DNA of 64,000 nt from an uncultured bacterium (GCA_965372795.1 CBDVDR010000009.1:2986-66985); one strand, 5' to 3'; counted from the stretch's first letter, positions 40,483 through 48,950 are shown. Numbers and translations are program-made. The notes: generated by a model not told the origin, from the sequence alone.

Positions 40483-42972
40483 TTATTTCTTAACAGTCCG
40501 GGCGACTTTGGATTTTGTTTTTGAAATGGTTTTCTTTTTCTTGGCTTTGCGGGATTTCCTTTTTGCCTTTTCTATTTCTTCGGCAAAAACTTTTTCAAGA
40601 GTGAAAGTCGAAGGAGTAAAATCAAGCAGACAAACTTCAAATAACTCATCTACTCGTTCAATATAAGTAAATTTCATTTTTCTGATGATCTCTTTAGGGA
40701 GCTCTTTAAGATCTTTCTCATTCTCTTTTGGAATTGCCACATGATATATCCCGGAACGATAGGCAGCGGATATCTTCTCTTTTATCCCTCCTACCGGAAG
40801 AACTTTTCCGCGAAGTGTTATCTCGCCGGTCATTGCCACATCATTTCTAATCGGGCGTTCTGCCATCACCGAAGCTATAACCAAACAAACGGTAATACCG
40901 GCTGATGGTCCATCCTTTGGAATGGCTCCCGATGGAAAGTGAACGTGTATATCAAACTCATTAAAATCATTATAATCAATACCAAGCATATCAGCTTTTG
41001 AGCGAACATAAGAAAACGCAGCTTGAATAGATTCGCGCATGACTTCCCCAAGCGAACCGGTTGTGAAAATCTGCCCGTCACCTTTCATCTTCAAGCCTTC
41101 AATAAACATCAGATCACCGCCGGATCCGGTCCAGGCTAAACCGTTGGCCGAACCTATTTCCGGTTGATTGTCTGGCTTTTCTGGAATAAATATTGACTGA
41201 CCGAGGAAACTTTCAAGGTTTTTTTCACTTACCCGCCAGGTACTTTTACTTTTTTCAGCTTTTTGAAGAGCAATTTTTCTGAATATTTTTTCAATTTGCT
41301 GAGAAAATCCGGAAAGTCCGGCTTCAAGAGTATAATAATTAATAATCTTTGAAAGAATCTTCTCTGTATATTTAACTTCTGATTTCAAAATACCATGTTT
41401 TTTAAGTAAGCTTGGGATAATATACCGCTTGGCAATTACAATCTTTTCTCTCTCAATATATCCGGGAAATTCTAAAATTTCCATTCGTTCGATAAACTGC
41501 TCCGGTATCTCTTCATAGGATCGTACCGCACAGATAAAAAATATCCGACTAAGATCAAAGGGTACGCCAATATAGTTATCTAAAAAGCGATTATTTCGAC
41601 GATTATCAATAACATCAAGAAGAGCCATGTTCACCGAAGAATCATTGTCCAAATTGAAATAATCTATATCTTCGATCAAAATCACAGGATCACATGAACC
41701 CGCATCTTTTAATGTACGGATTATCCTGCCCGGCATTGCGCCCAGAAATGTTCGTGGGTTCCCTTTGATTTCTGAAGCATCAGAAATCCCGCCGGCGGAT
41801 ATACGAATAAACTCTTTACCCAGCGCATGAGCGATTGCCCGTGCCAGGGAGGCTTTTCCGGTTCCGTGAGCTCCGACCAGGCAAAGTGCCGGACCTTCAT
41901 TGACGCCGCCTAACAACTTTCTCACTGAAAGTCTCTGAAGAATCTGTTCTTTAATATTTTTAGGTCCGAAATATTCGTTTGATAGGATTTTCTCTACATC
42001 AGAGATTTTGTATTCTTCTGAAGAAAATTTGCCCCAGGGCAAAGATAATATCCAGTCAAGATAATTTTTTGTCACACCATACTCAGCTGATGCTGTTGAT
42101 AATTGTGATAACCGGTCGGCTTCAATTATCGCTCGTGATTTAACTTCTGCCGGCAACAATGAATCCGCTTTTATTATTTTTTTAATCCGGGAAGCTTCTT
42201 TTTCTTCAGTAAAATCTTCTCCAAGCTGTTTTCGAATCTCATGTAATTGAAGTTTCAAATAATTCTTCTCTTGCTCCCGTTCCATGAGTGATTTGACGTT
42301 GCTGTCAATCTTATGAGTTGTTGCAGCCCGGTTTAGCTCAAGATTCAAATGATAAAGCAATTTCTCAAAACGAGCCCGCAAATTCACTATTTCAAGAATT
42401 TCCTGTTTGGATTGAAGCGGCAGACAGAAATTTGCTGCGACGGCATCAACAAAACAGGATGGATCGGTATCATTCATTTCCAATATATGTAATAATTCAG
42501 GGGAATATGTCGTGTCCAGATTGATGATTTCATGAGTTATTTCATTAACATTATCTATCAGCGAATCAATATTTTTGGGCTTGTAACTCGGCGCCTGAAG
42601 TTTGTCAGCAGTAGCAACAACAAATGGTTCTACATTTAAAATTTTATTTAAAACAACTCTTCGAATACCTTCAATTGTAACATTCAAAGAGTTTCCCGAC
42701 CCTTTACGACTATCCCGTACTTTAGCAATAACTCCAACCTGACTAAGAAAAGGCGTTTTTCCACTATTCTCAGGCTTTGCTGAATACGAGGCGACAAACT
42801 CCACCCGTTTGGATAGACAATGCTCTATCAGCTTCAAATTTGAAGCCTGTCCGACCTGCAAAGTCATCATCATACCCGGAAATAATACCCCTGTCTTAAG
42901 CGGTAAAACCGGATATTCTTCGACCATATCGGTAGCCAATATCGGTAAACTATGTTTTGTTTTAATAATCAT
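40483..42972 (-). CDS. lon: Lon protease homologue with degenerate AAA+ motifs
   Basis: Lon N-domain (PVLPL..VLFPG), YLDWILSLPW, GLAWT, PKDGPSAG Ser and GGIKEK Lys dyad; Walker A GAHGTGKAS, Walker B ILIEDID. Confidence 0.88.
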   Translation of the reverse strand: MIIKTKHSLPILATDMVEEYPVLPLKTGVLFPGMMMTLQVGQASNLKLIEHCLSKRVEFVASYSAKPENSGKTPFLSQVGVIAKVRDSRKGSGNSLNVTIEGIRRVVLNKILNVEPFVVATADKLQAPSYKPKNIDSLIDNVNEITHEIINLDTTYSPELLHILEMNDTDPSCFVDAVAANFCLPLQSKQEILEIVNLRARFEKLLYHLNLELNRAATTHKIDSNVKSLMEREQEKNYLKLQLHEIRKQLGEDFTEEKEASRIKKIIKADSLLPAEVKSRAIIEADRLSQLSTASAEYGVTKNYLDWILSLPWGKFSSEEYKISDVEKILSNEYFGPKNIKEQILQRLSVRKLLGGVNEGPALCLVGAHGTGKASLARAIAHALGKEFIRISAGGISDASEIKGNPRTFLGAMPGRIIRTLKDAGSCDPVILIEDIDYFNLDNDSSVNMALLDVIDNRRNNRFLDNYIGVPFDLSRIFFICAVRSYEEIPEQFIERMEILEFPGYIEREKIVIAKRYIIPSLLKKHGILKSEVKYTEKILSKIINYYTLEAGLSGFSQQIEKIFRKIALQKAEKSKSTWRVSEKNLESFLGQSIFIPEKPDNQPEIGSANGLAWTGSGGDLMFIEGLKMKGDGQIFTTGSLGEVMRESIQAAFSYVRSKADMLGIDYNDFNEFDIHVHFPSGAIPKDGPSAGITVCLVIASVMAERPIRNDVAMTGEITLRGKVLPVGGIKEKISAAYRSGIYHVAIPKENEKDLKELPKEIIRKMKFTYIERVDELFEVCLLDFTPSTFTLEKVFAEEIEKAKRKSRKAKKKKTISKTKSKVARTVKK

Positions 42973-42988
42973 TTGTTCTATTTTATTG

Positions 42989-43015
42989 TTATCGGCTTAA
43001 CTTAATGTGTCTTCA
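42989..43015 (-). promoter_or_regulatory. Sigma28-like promoter upstream of the Lon homologue
   Basis: Minus strand TGAA-N15-GCCGATAA (exact -10 consensus). Confidence 0.55.
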
Positions 43016-43142
43016 TACTGACACCATACATTTCTTCTTTTTTATAACAATTGACAATTTGCCAACTCTATTTCTTTTAACAAGTCAATCCTTATATCCG
43101 TTCCTTGATATTTTTTAAGCTTACCAAATTGATTTAGCCTAC

Positions 43143-43172
43143 AAAAAAACCCCAATAGAATTGGGGCTTTTT
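43143..43172 (-). terminator. Intrinsic terminator after the helicase gene
   Basis: AAAAAAACCCCAAT-AGA-ATTGGGG. Confidence 0.75.
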
Positions 43173-43191
43173 GTCAATTTTAGCCTGAAAT

Positions 43192-46053
43192 TTATATCCG
43201 GCTTTCACCATACAAATCGTTTTGAGGTGACGGCGTAAACCTTTTAACGGAAACCGACTGTTCTCGGGTGTCAAAATTTAAAGCCAGCTCCTGAAGCTCG
43301 TAATCCGGATTATCCTTGAGATTTCCAAAATCGATCTTAATTTTAGATGGCTCAACATTAAGCCGGTAATAACCGAGCCGATTATTTTCGATAATTTGCC
43401 AGTCCATCCTTAAACCGGAATTCAGCTCGTTTTTCATCCGATAAAGATATCGCGCCTGATTGAAACCAACCTCGATATCCTCTTTGTAAATCCAGCCCGC
43501 CCCGTCAGAAATCCGGGCACATGCTAGCTTGGTAAAATACTTAAACGACTTCCCGGTCAGACGAACTGGAAAACCGTTTATCTTAATCAAATACCGCTCC
43601 CGCTCATAACCGCCATCAATCTCAATTAATTCCGGTTTGGAAAACAGTACTGCCCCGCCATCATTAAGCCCCACATCCTTCATTGTGGTTTCGGTCCTCA
43701 CTTGAACCTCCTCTTTAATTAAATCTGTTTTATCATTAACTATCTTTGACTTATCCATATTGACTATTACGCTGTGAATATCTTCGACGGTCATATTACA
43801 TAACTGCGAAAGCTCCTCAACGCCTGCTTTCTGCAGGGCGATATAGTCATTTCTATTCAAAATATTTTTAAAATACTTCTGCCATTCCTGCCAATTCGAG
43901 CTCATCCCCCAGCGCAGTGAAAAAGCGTATTTCTCCAACTGCTCTCTGGTTGTCTGATTTTGCTCGGTAACCTCAACCAGACTTGCCAGAGCCAGAACCA
44001 GATGAGCCGCCGTCTCTCCCAAATAGGTGATCTGCCCCAGATGAATCTGAAAACGTTCTTCTATCCGCCGTACCGGCATCATGGAAGACCATTCACAAAG
44101 CAGTAAAACTGCCTTCAATGATGCTGCCCCGCGATAGGTCAGTGGCTCATTCCGGTGACTTTCCGGTAACAGCCAGCCGGCATCACTCAAAAGATGATCG
44201 TAACGGCGATAAAGAATTTTCAAAGGTTCATTTTCCGCCAGTTCATATCGGGACAGAATCGACGGCGGAAGACTCCAGCAGGGACCGCTTAACGCCAGCG
44301 AAACCCAGCCGGCTAAACTTTCAGGACACCCTCGCCTTGATTTTAATTTCCGTAAATAGTAAACCGCCTCACGAACCGACAAACCGGATTTTGAGGTCAC
44401 ATCACCCAATTTAGTTGGCGACAAAGTCTCTTTATTTTCGACATTATCATATTTTAAAAAACTCTTATCAATCAGCAACTGCACCGCCTCGTCAAAATCA
44501 AAAGCACTGATCGCCTCACTCTCATTTAAACGGGCATGTAAAGTCTGTCGATATAGCTCGACAAGAGAACCGGAGCTATCGGCAAGGCGCGAAACGACCA
44601 TATCAAGTATCCAGTCAATCAGCGGTATCCCGGAAAAGGCTGACTTCATCGGCTCCTGCTGTTCTCCAGCAATATAATTATTCCATAGCACATCACGATC
44701 AAATGAACTCTCCGCCAGTACCACCGCCCGGCCCGAACAGTTGCTTTGATTGCCAATCAAACGACCGGCACGACCCGTCATATTATCAAATTCCGCCCGG
44801 CTTACCGGCACCAGCATCGGCTGATCATGGTACTCGCCCGAAACATATTTTACCGTCTCCAGATAAACCGTGTCAACCGGAAGATTCACCCCCATAGCTA
44901 AAGTAGTAGTTGAGATTATTACTCTAATCTCTTTATTTGCAAAAGATTGCTCAACGATTTGCCTTTGACCTAAAGTAAGGTCGGAACTGTGAAAGGCTAT
45001 TCCGCGACTCATCACCTGGCACAATGAGCGAATCAAAAACGACGGTTCTTCATCCTCAAGTTGCTTTATTGCCTGTGAAGCGCTCCCCCAGTTCACCGAG
45101 GCAGCCAGCCGGAAAGCACAATTGACCGTATCCATTCTTGACTTCAAAAAGATCAGCGTCGAACCTTCGGCGGCTTTGATCTGCTTGATAAATGAGTCAA
45201 ACAAATTATCACCGGGATCATCACCCGGAAAGGGCTCGCTTCCGTCAAGATGACTGTTGAAAGATCGATAACAGAATTTACCCCCGGCAGCCACGCCCCG
45301 AATCAAATCAACCGGACGGGAACTCTCCTCAACCAGCGTTGCCTCCATCCATTCAGCCAATTGCTCACCCGAACTGGCGTAACCAGTGTGACCGGCATAG
45401 CCAGCGTGACCGGCATAACCAGTGGGATTGGCATAGCCATCATTATCACATTCGATGCTGTTATTGATTACTGCCGAAAGTCCTATCAGCGATGGCTTGT
45501 AGACCGAGGCTTTAATTTTGGTCAGCAGGCGCTCAAGAATCGCTCCTCTTCCCGGCTCGCTGATAGTCTGGATTTCATCGATCAGAACCATGCCGATATT
45601 TTTCAGATTGTCCATTGAGGAAGTCAGAAGCATATCAAGTTTTTCATAGATAGCAACCGCAATTTGATAATTGCCGGAGCTGAAAGCTTTGTCATTTTCA
45701 GGATGATCGCCGGTAACAATCAGACATTTGATCCCCATGGATGAATAGGTTTCATTGAACAGACGATATTTTTGTTCCGCCAGAGATTTGAGCGGAAACA
45801 GCATAATTACTTTCTGACGTACCGTTAAAGCGCGCATAGCCGCCATCTCAGCACAAAACGATTTCCCCGATGAAGTCGGAGCCGCAATCAGCATATTAAC
45901 CGATTGATAACGGCTGTTACCGGTCGGTCGGCCAATCAGACCTTTGCGGACAGCTTTGCTTTGTACCGGAAGCAAGGCTTCGCCCTGGCGTTTCTGCCAG
46001 ATATCAATGACCCGTTTCGGGATTCCATACTTTTCAAGTTCAATTAGTTGCAT
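43192..46053 (-). CDS. Ski2/Hel308-like SF2 helicase fused to a C-terminal OmpR-type winged-helix-like domain
   Basis: LLPVQ, APTSSGKS, PLKSLA, TGD, DEIQ, STTTLAMGVNLP, MTGRAGR; ratchet/HhH-like region; tail LTGKSF..L..GWI..NQARYLYRMK..IENNRLGYYRL. Confidence 0.88.
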   Translation of the reverse strand: MQLIELEKYGIPKRVIDIWQKRQGEALLPVQSKAVRKGLIGRPTGNSRYQSVNMLIAAPTSSGKSFCAEMAAMRALTVRQKVIMLFPLKSLAEQKYRLFNETYSSMGIKCLIVTGDHPENDKAFSSGNYQIAVAIYEKLDMLLTSSMDNLKNIGMVLIDEIQTISEPGRGAILERLLTKIKASVYKPSLIGLSAVINNSIECDNDGYANPTGYAGHAGYAGHTGYASSGEQLAEWMEATLVEESSRPVDLIRGVAAGGKFCYRSFNSHLDGSEPFPGDDPGDNLFDSFIKQIKAAEGSTLIFLKSRMDTVNCAFRLAASVNWGSASQAIKQLEDEEPSFLIRSLCQVMSRGIAFHSSDLTLGQRQIVEQSFANKEIRVIISTTTLAMGVNLPVDTVYLETVKYVSGEYHDQPMLVPVSRAEFDNMTGRAGRLIGNQSNCSGRAVVLAESSFDRDVLWNNYIAGEQQEPMKSAFSGIPLIDWILDMVVSRLADSSGSLVELYRQTLHARLNESEAISAFDFDEAVQLLIDKSFLKYDNVENKETLSPTKLGDVTSKSGLSVREAVYYLRKLKSRRGCPESLAGWVSLALSGPCWSLPPSILSRYELAENEPLKILYRRYDHLLSDAGWLLPESHRNEPLTYRGAASLKAVLLLCEWSSMMPVRRIEERFQIHLGQITYLGETAAHLVLALASLVEVTEQNQTTREQLEKYAFSLRWGMSSNWQEWQKYFKNILNRNDYIALQKAGVEELSQLCNMTVEDIHSVIVNMDKSKIVNDKTDLIKEEVQVRTETTMKDVGLNDGGAVLFSKPELIEIDGGYERERYLIKINGFPVRLTGKSFKYFTKLACARISDGAGWIYKEDIEVGFNQARYLYRMKNELNSGLRMDWQIIENNRLGYYRLNVEPSKIKIDFGNLKDNPDYELQELALNFDTREQSVSVKRFTPSPQNDLYGESRI

Positions 46054-46181
46054 AATGTCTCGTCCCTCTCTGTTCCTGCGTTGTTCACAGACTTCGTCTG
46101 ATTATTCTCTTCGTCTGGTTATTCCAAACTCCTATTTTTCAAAAATTCCAACTCCCCCGTTTAGCTCCTATTCTCAGAAAA

Positions 46182-46258
46182 CATTAAAGCCACCCAGTGG
46201 CTCAACGCCAACTCGTGACTCATATACTACCCAGTGGCATTAAAGTCACTCAGTGGCT
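46182..46258 (-). repeat. Triple short hairpin repeat between the Zn-ribbon gene and the helicase
   Basis: CATTAAAGCCACCCAGTGGCT (46182-46202), CTACCCAGTGGC (46227-46238), CATTAAAGTCACTCAGTGGCT (46238-46258). Confidence 0.7.
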
Positions 46259-46464
46259 TAAATGCTACAGCTTTCAAATCCACAACCCGGACAACTGTGA
46301 CAGCTCCCCAATCTGACCATACCGCTTCCGCAATCGGGACAGGAACCATCGTTGAGATAGCTGTAATTTTCGCTCTGATTATCTTCTTCGTATCCCCCGC
46401 GATTCACACCAAACATCATCCCTGTATTAAGAGCCATCTCTTCGTTGTTATTGTAAGATTGCAT
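46258..46464 (-). CDS. Small Zn-ribbon protein (CPxCG-x8-C-x2-CxxCG-x3-C)
   Basis: AGGAG RBS 6 nt before ATG 46464; CPDCGSGMVRLGSCHSCPGCGFESC resembles the C-terminal Zn ribbon of class II RNR (NrdJ) proteins. Confidence 0.75.
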   Translation of the reverse strand: MQSYNNNEEMALNTGMMFGVNRGGYEEDNQSENYSYLNDGSCPDCGSGMVRLGSCHSCPGCGFESCSI

Positions 46465-46506
46465 TGACATCTCCTTTGCCTTATTAGTTCAAATCAGCGT
46501 AAAACC

Positions 46507-46535
46507 ATAATACTGCACATTTGTGCACTTGTCAA
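46507..46535 (-). promoter_or_regulatory. Sigma70 promoter with a palindromic operator in the spacer
   Basis: Minus strand TTGACA-N17-TATTAT; TGCACA-TT-TGTGCA at 46514-46527. Confidence 0.75.
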
Positions 46536-46686
46536 GCAGGATTTACAGATTTAATACTTATTTTTTGAGATTATTAGATAAGTTATTGGTAGAGTGGGGA
46601 TTGGTTGATTTGATTGTCGGATTATTTTTGCTTCTGATGCGAGAATCCACCCTGCATTTACTTAGTAGCCATTAATCAGTGCAGGA

Positions 46687-46748
46687 GAGTAGGTCAGGAG
46701 GCGTGCCCTCCTGACATCTTCGACAACATCACAGGGGCTCTGTCCTAC
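46687..46748. repeat. REP doublet (GTAG...CTAC), left flank of cassette
   Basis: GAGTAGGTCAGGAG-GCGTGCC-CTCCTGACA hairpin plus inverted unit ATCACAGGGGCTCTGTCCTAC. Confidence 0.75.
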
Positions 46749-46810
46749 TTTTACTGCATACTGAGATAAGGAAAATGATGGACTTATCCACAGAAAATAG
46801 TAAAAAATGA

Positions 46811-47716
46811 TCAAACCTTATTATGATTAGACGAGGCTTTATCCGCCCAAAATGTTATATCTTCTTCATTATCTACTGATAAATATATATTTCCATTACT
46901 TCTAGTTGTTAGAATTCCCTTAGCTTCGTATATACATTTGTCCGAAAGATTTTTATATTTTATACCATCAGAGTATTGTAAATATTGCGAAGAAACATCT
47001 GATGTGTCTTTATCAAATTCACTAGCTTTTGAAAGAATTGATATTTTCACGTTACCCGTTAAATCAAATAACGTGGATGGAAATCCTGATTTGTGACCAT
47101 GATGTGGAGCAATAAGAATATCCAGTCCCTTCTTCATTGTCTCAACAAAGCCTTTGTCATTATTAGCTAACCATTCCCAACCAGCAAATTCTAAATCGCC
47201 TCCATATAATACTTTGATACCTTTAAACTCAAAATATCTCAGTATACTTGAATTATTTTTTATTTTTTCAGAAAGTTTCTCATCTTTTTTTACAACATCC
47301 ATAGGTATTTTAAAAGTCTTATGAATATCAAACCCCCAAAGAACTTTCTCTGGATTATTACCTCTATATTTTTTATTTATATATTCTTTATATTCGCCAT
47401 GAATAGATTCATTTGTGGGAAATTCTTCATAATCTCGTTTATGCAACAAATAGGGTTCAAATTTTTGTTTCACTTTCTTAGCATTTTTAACATGATCATC
47501 ATCAGGATGAGTAATATGAAGCAAGGCTAACGGATATATAAATCCATTCTGTGTTCTATACGATTTAATACCTAACCATTTTTTAAGGGTTCTTATCTGA
47601 TCAATCGGACATTTTTTTTCACTGTGCGATCCACAATCTACCATCATAGCATACCCACTTGGAGAGGCGATTATGCTACAAGCAGCATTATTAACATCGA
47701 AAATTATTATCTTCAT
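46811..47716 (-). CDS. ComEC/Rec2-type metallo-beta-lactamase-fold hydrolase
   Basis: Probable start MKIIIFDV at 47716; MVDCG, ITHPDDDHV, NNSSI, GGDLE, APHHGHKSG, TTRSNGNI. Confidence 0.85.
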   Translation of the reverse strand: MKIIIFDVNNAACSIIASPSGYAMMVDCGSHSEKKCPIDQIRTLKKWLGIKSYRTQNGFIYPLALLHITHPDDDHVKNAKKVKQKFEPYLLHKRDYEEFPTNESIHGEYKEYINKKYRGNNPEKVLWGFDIHKTFKIPMDVVKKDEKLSEKIKNNSSILRYFEFKGIKVLYGGDLEFAGWEWLANNDKGFVETMKKGLDILIAPHHGHKSGFPSTLFDLTGNVKISILSKASEFDKDTSDVSSQYLQYSDGIKYKNLSDKCIYEAKGILTTRSNGNIYLSVDNEEDITFWADKASSNHNKV

Positions 47717-47724
47717 AATCAACG

Positions 47725-48378
47725 CTACTCTTTCAAGTTCAACATAACTGTTTTGAAAACTAACCCCCTGGCAATGCCTCTGCTTCTCCAAAGGAACAAC
47801 AGGAATACAGCGACACTTACCCCACCCAAATAAACATTGTTGTTAATAAACAGTACTATGCTAATGATCATAAAGTCTACCATTATCACACGAGCAAATA
47901 AATAGCTTCTATTGGCAATCTTGACCTCATCTGAATTACTCACATTCGCATAAAGTTTCCAAAAGATTCCTTGTGATATGCTGTTATCCTTCTTTGATCT
48001 TCCAATGAATATTGGCATATCAGAGTAATCAGATTTAATAATTGTGTCATATTCTTCAGAGAGATTCAGCCTGTCAATAATAGCAAGCCTGTTTTGTTCA
48101 TTCTTGACAACCGGATTGTCTTTGTAAAGAAATACTTGAGAAGGTCTTCTGCATCTAAAAAATAAATCAATGACAAATTCAAGCTCATGAGATACTATTT
48201 GTAATATTTCACCAGTTATAAACGCACAACAGAAAAACAGAAATGTATAAAAGACATCCAATTTTGCGTCTAGCAAGGGAGTAATGCTATCCCCGTAAAT
48301 AAAAAAGAGTGTCGCAAGTAACAAGCCACCAGGCATTACTCGGGTCATTAGCTCATCTATTGTAAAGTTGCTTATCAT
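47725..48378 (-). CDS. Uncharacterised four-TM membrane protein
   Basis: Two N-terminal and two C-terminal hydrophobic helices around a soluble loop; RVMPG motif; stop 8 nt before the MBL start. Confidence 0.75.
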   Translation of the reverse strand: MISNFTIDELMTRVMPGGLLLATLFFIYGDSITPLLDAKLDVFYTFLFFCCAFITGEILQIVSHELEFVIDLFFRCRRPSQVFLYKDNPVVKNEQNRLAIIDRLNLSEEYDTIIKSDYSDMPIFIGRSKKDNSISQGIFWKLYANVSNSDEVKIANRSYLFARVIMVDFMIISIVLFINNNVYLGGVSVAVFLLFLWRSRGIARGLVFKTVMLNLKE

Positions 48379-48691
48379 AAATCTCTATCACTATTAGAAT
48401 TAAATCCAAGTTGGGCAGGGTCCCTGTGATCCTGCTATTTTAATTTTTTTCTTTAGTAACTTTTCTACGCACATCAAAGATAACACAATCTTCTATGTTT
48501 GTAAAGAATCTTGAGTATTACAAATTCCCCACCAATTCACTGATGAATCAATTCTTACACCTATTAATAAAAAGAGTAACGGTAAGTTATGTCTAAAACC
48601 CCAACCAAAAAAAACAAGAAATCACACAATGCGAAAAATCACAGAAAATCCCAAAAACCACGTTTAAAGTACCGTAACATTAAAAGTAACA

Positions 48692-48950
48692 AAACGAACC
48701 CATTTTCACTGTACAAATAATCACCACAATGACTTACAGCGAAAACAAGGGCTATTAAGGATAATCACACAGTTGGCGGCAGAATTCGTAGGGCAGAACC
48801 CCGCCTTTGGCGGACTATTAGCCTTTAGCGGTTCTGCCAATTTGTCAGGAGCGCAGGGCTCCTGACCTACTCAAACTACAAAACACAAAAGTGAGCAAAC
48901 GAACCCATTCTCATTGTACAAAGAATCACCACAATGACTTACAGAGAAAA
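48692..48950 (+). repeat. 54-bp direct repeats enclosing a REP doublet (right flank of cassette)
   Basis: 48692-48745 and 48897-48950 match at 50/54; inside are GTAGGGCAGAACC..GGTTCTGCC (48788-48838) and TGTCAGGAG-CGCAGGG-CTCCTGACCTACTC (48843-48872). Confidence 0.8.

Noticed and set aside
46182-46258. Mini-CRISPR array
   Set aside because: Only two full 21-nt units, the intervening sequence contains a partial unit, and no cas genes are present.
46258-46464. Remnant of a ribonucleotide reductase gene
   Set aside because: It has its own promoter and RBS with no upstream nrdJ-like sequence, so it reads as a stand-alone small gene.
46811-47716. Competence gene comEC or a true beta-lactamase resistance gene
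   Set aside because: It lacks the multi-TM competence channel and OB domains and has no signal peptide; only the MBL fold is supported.
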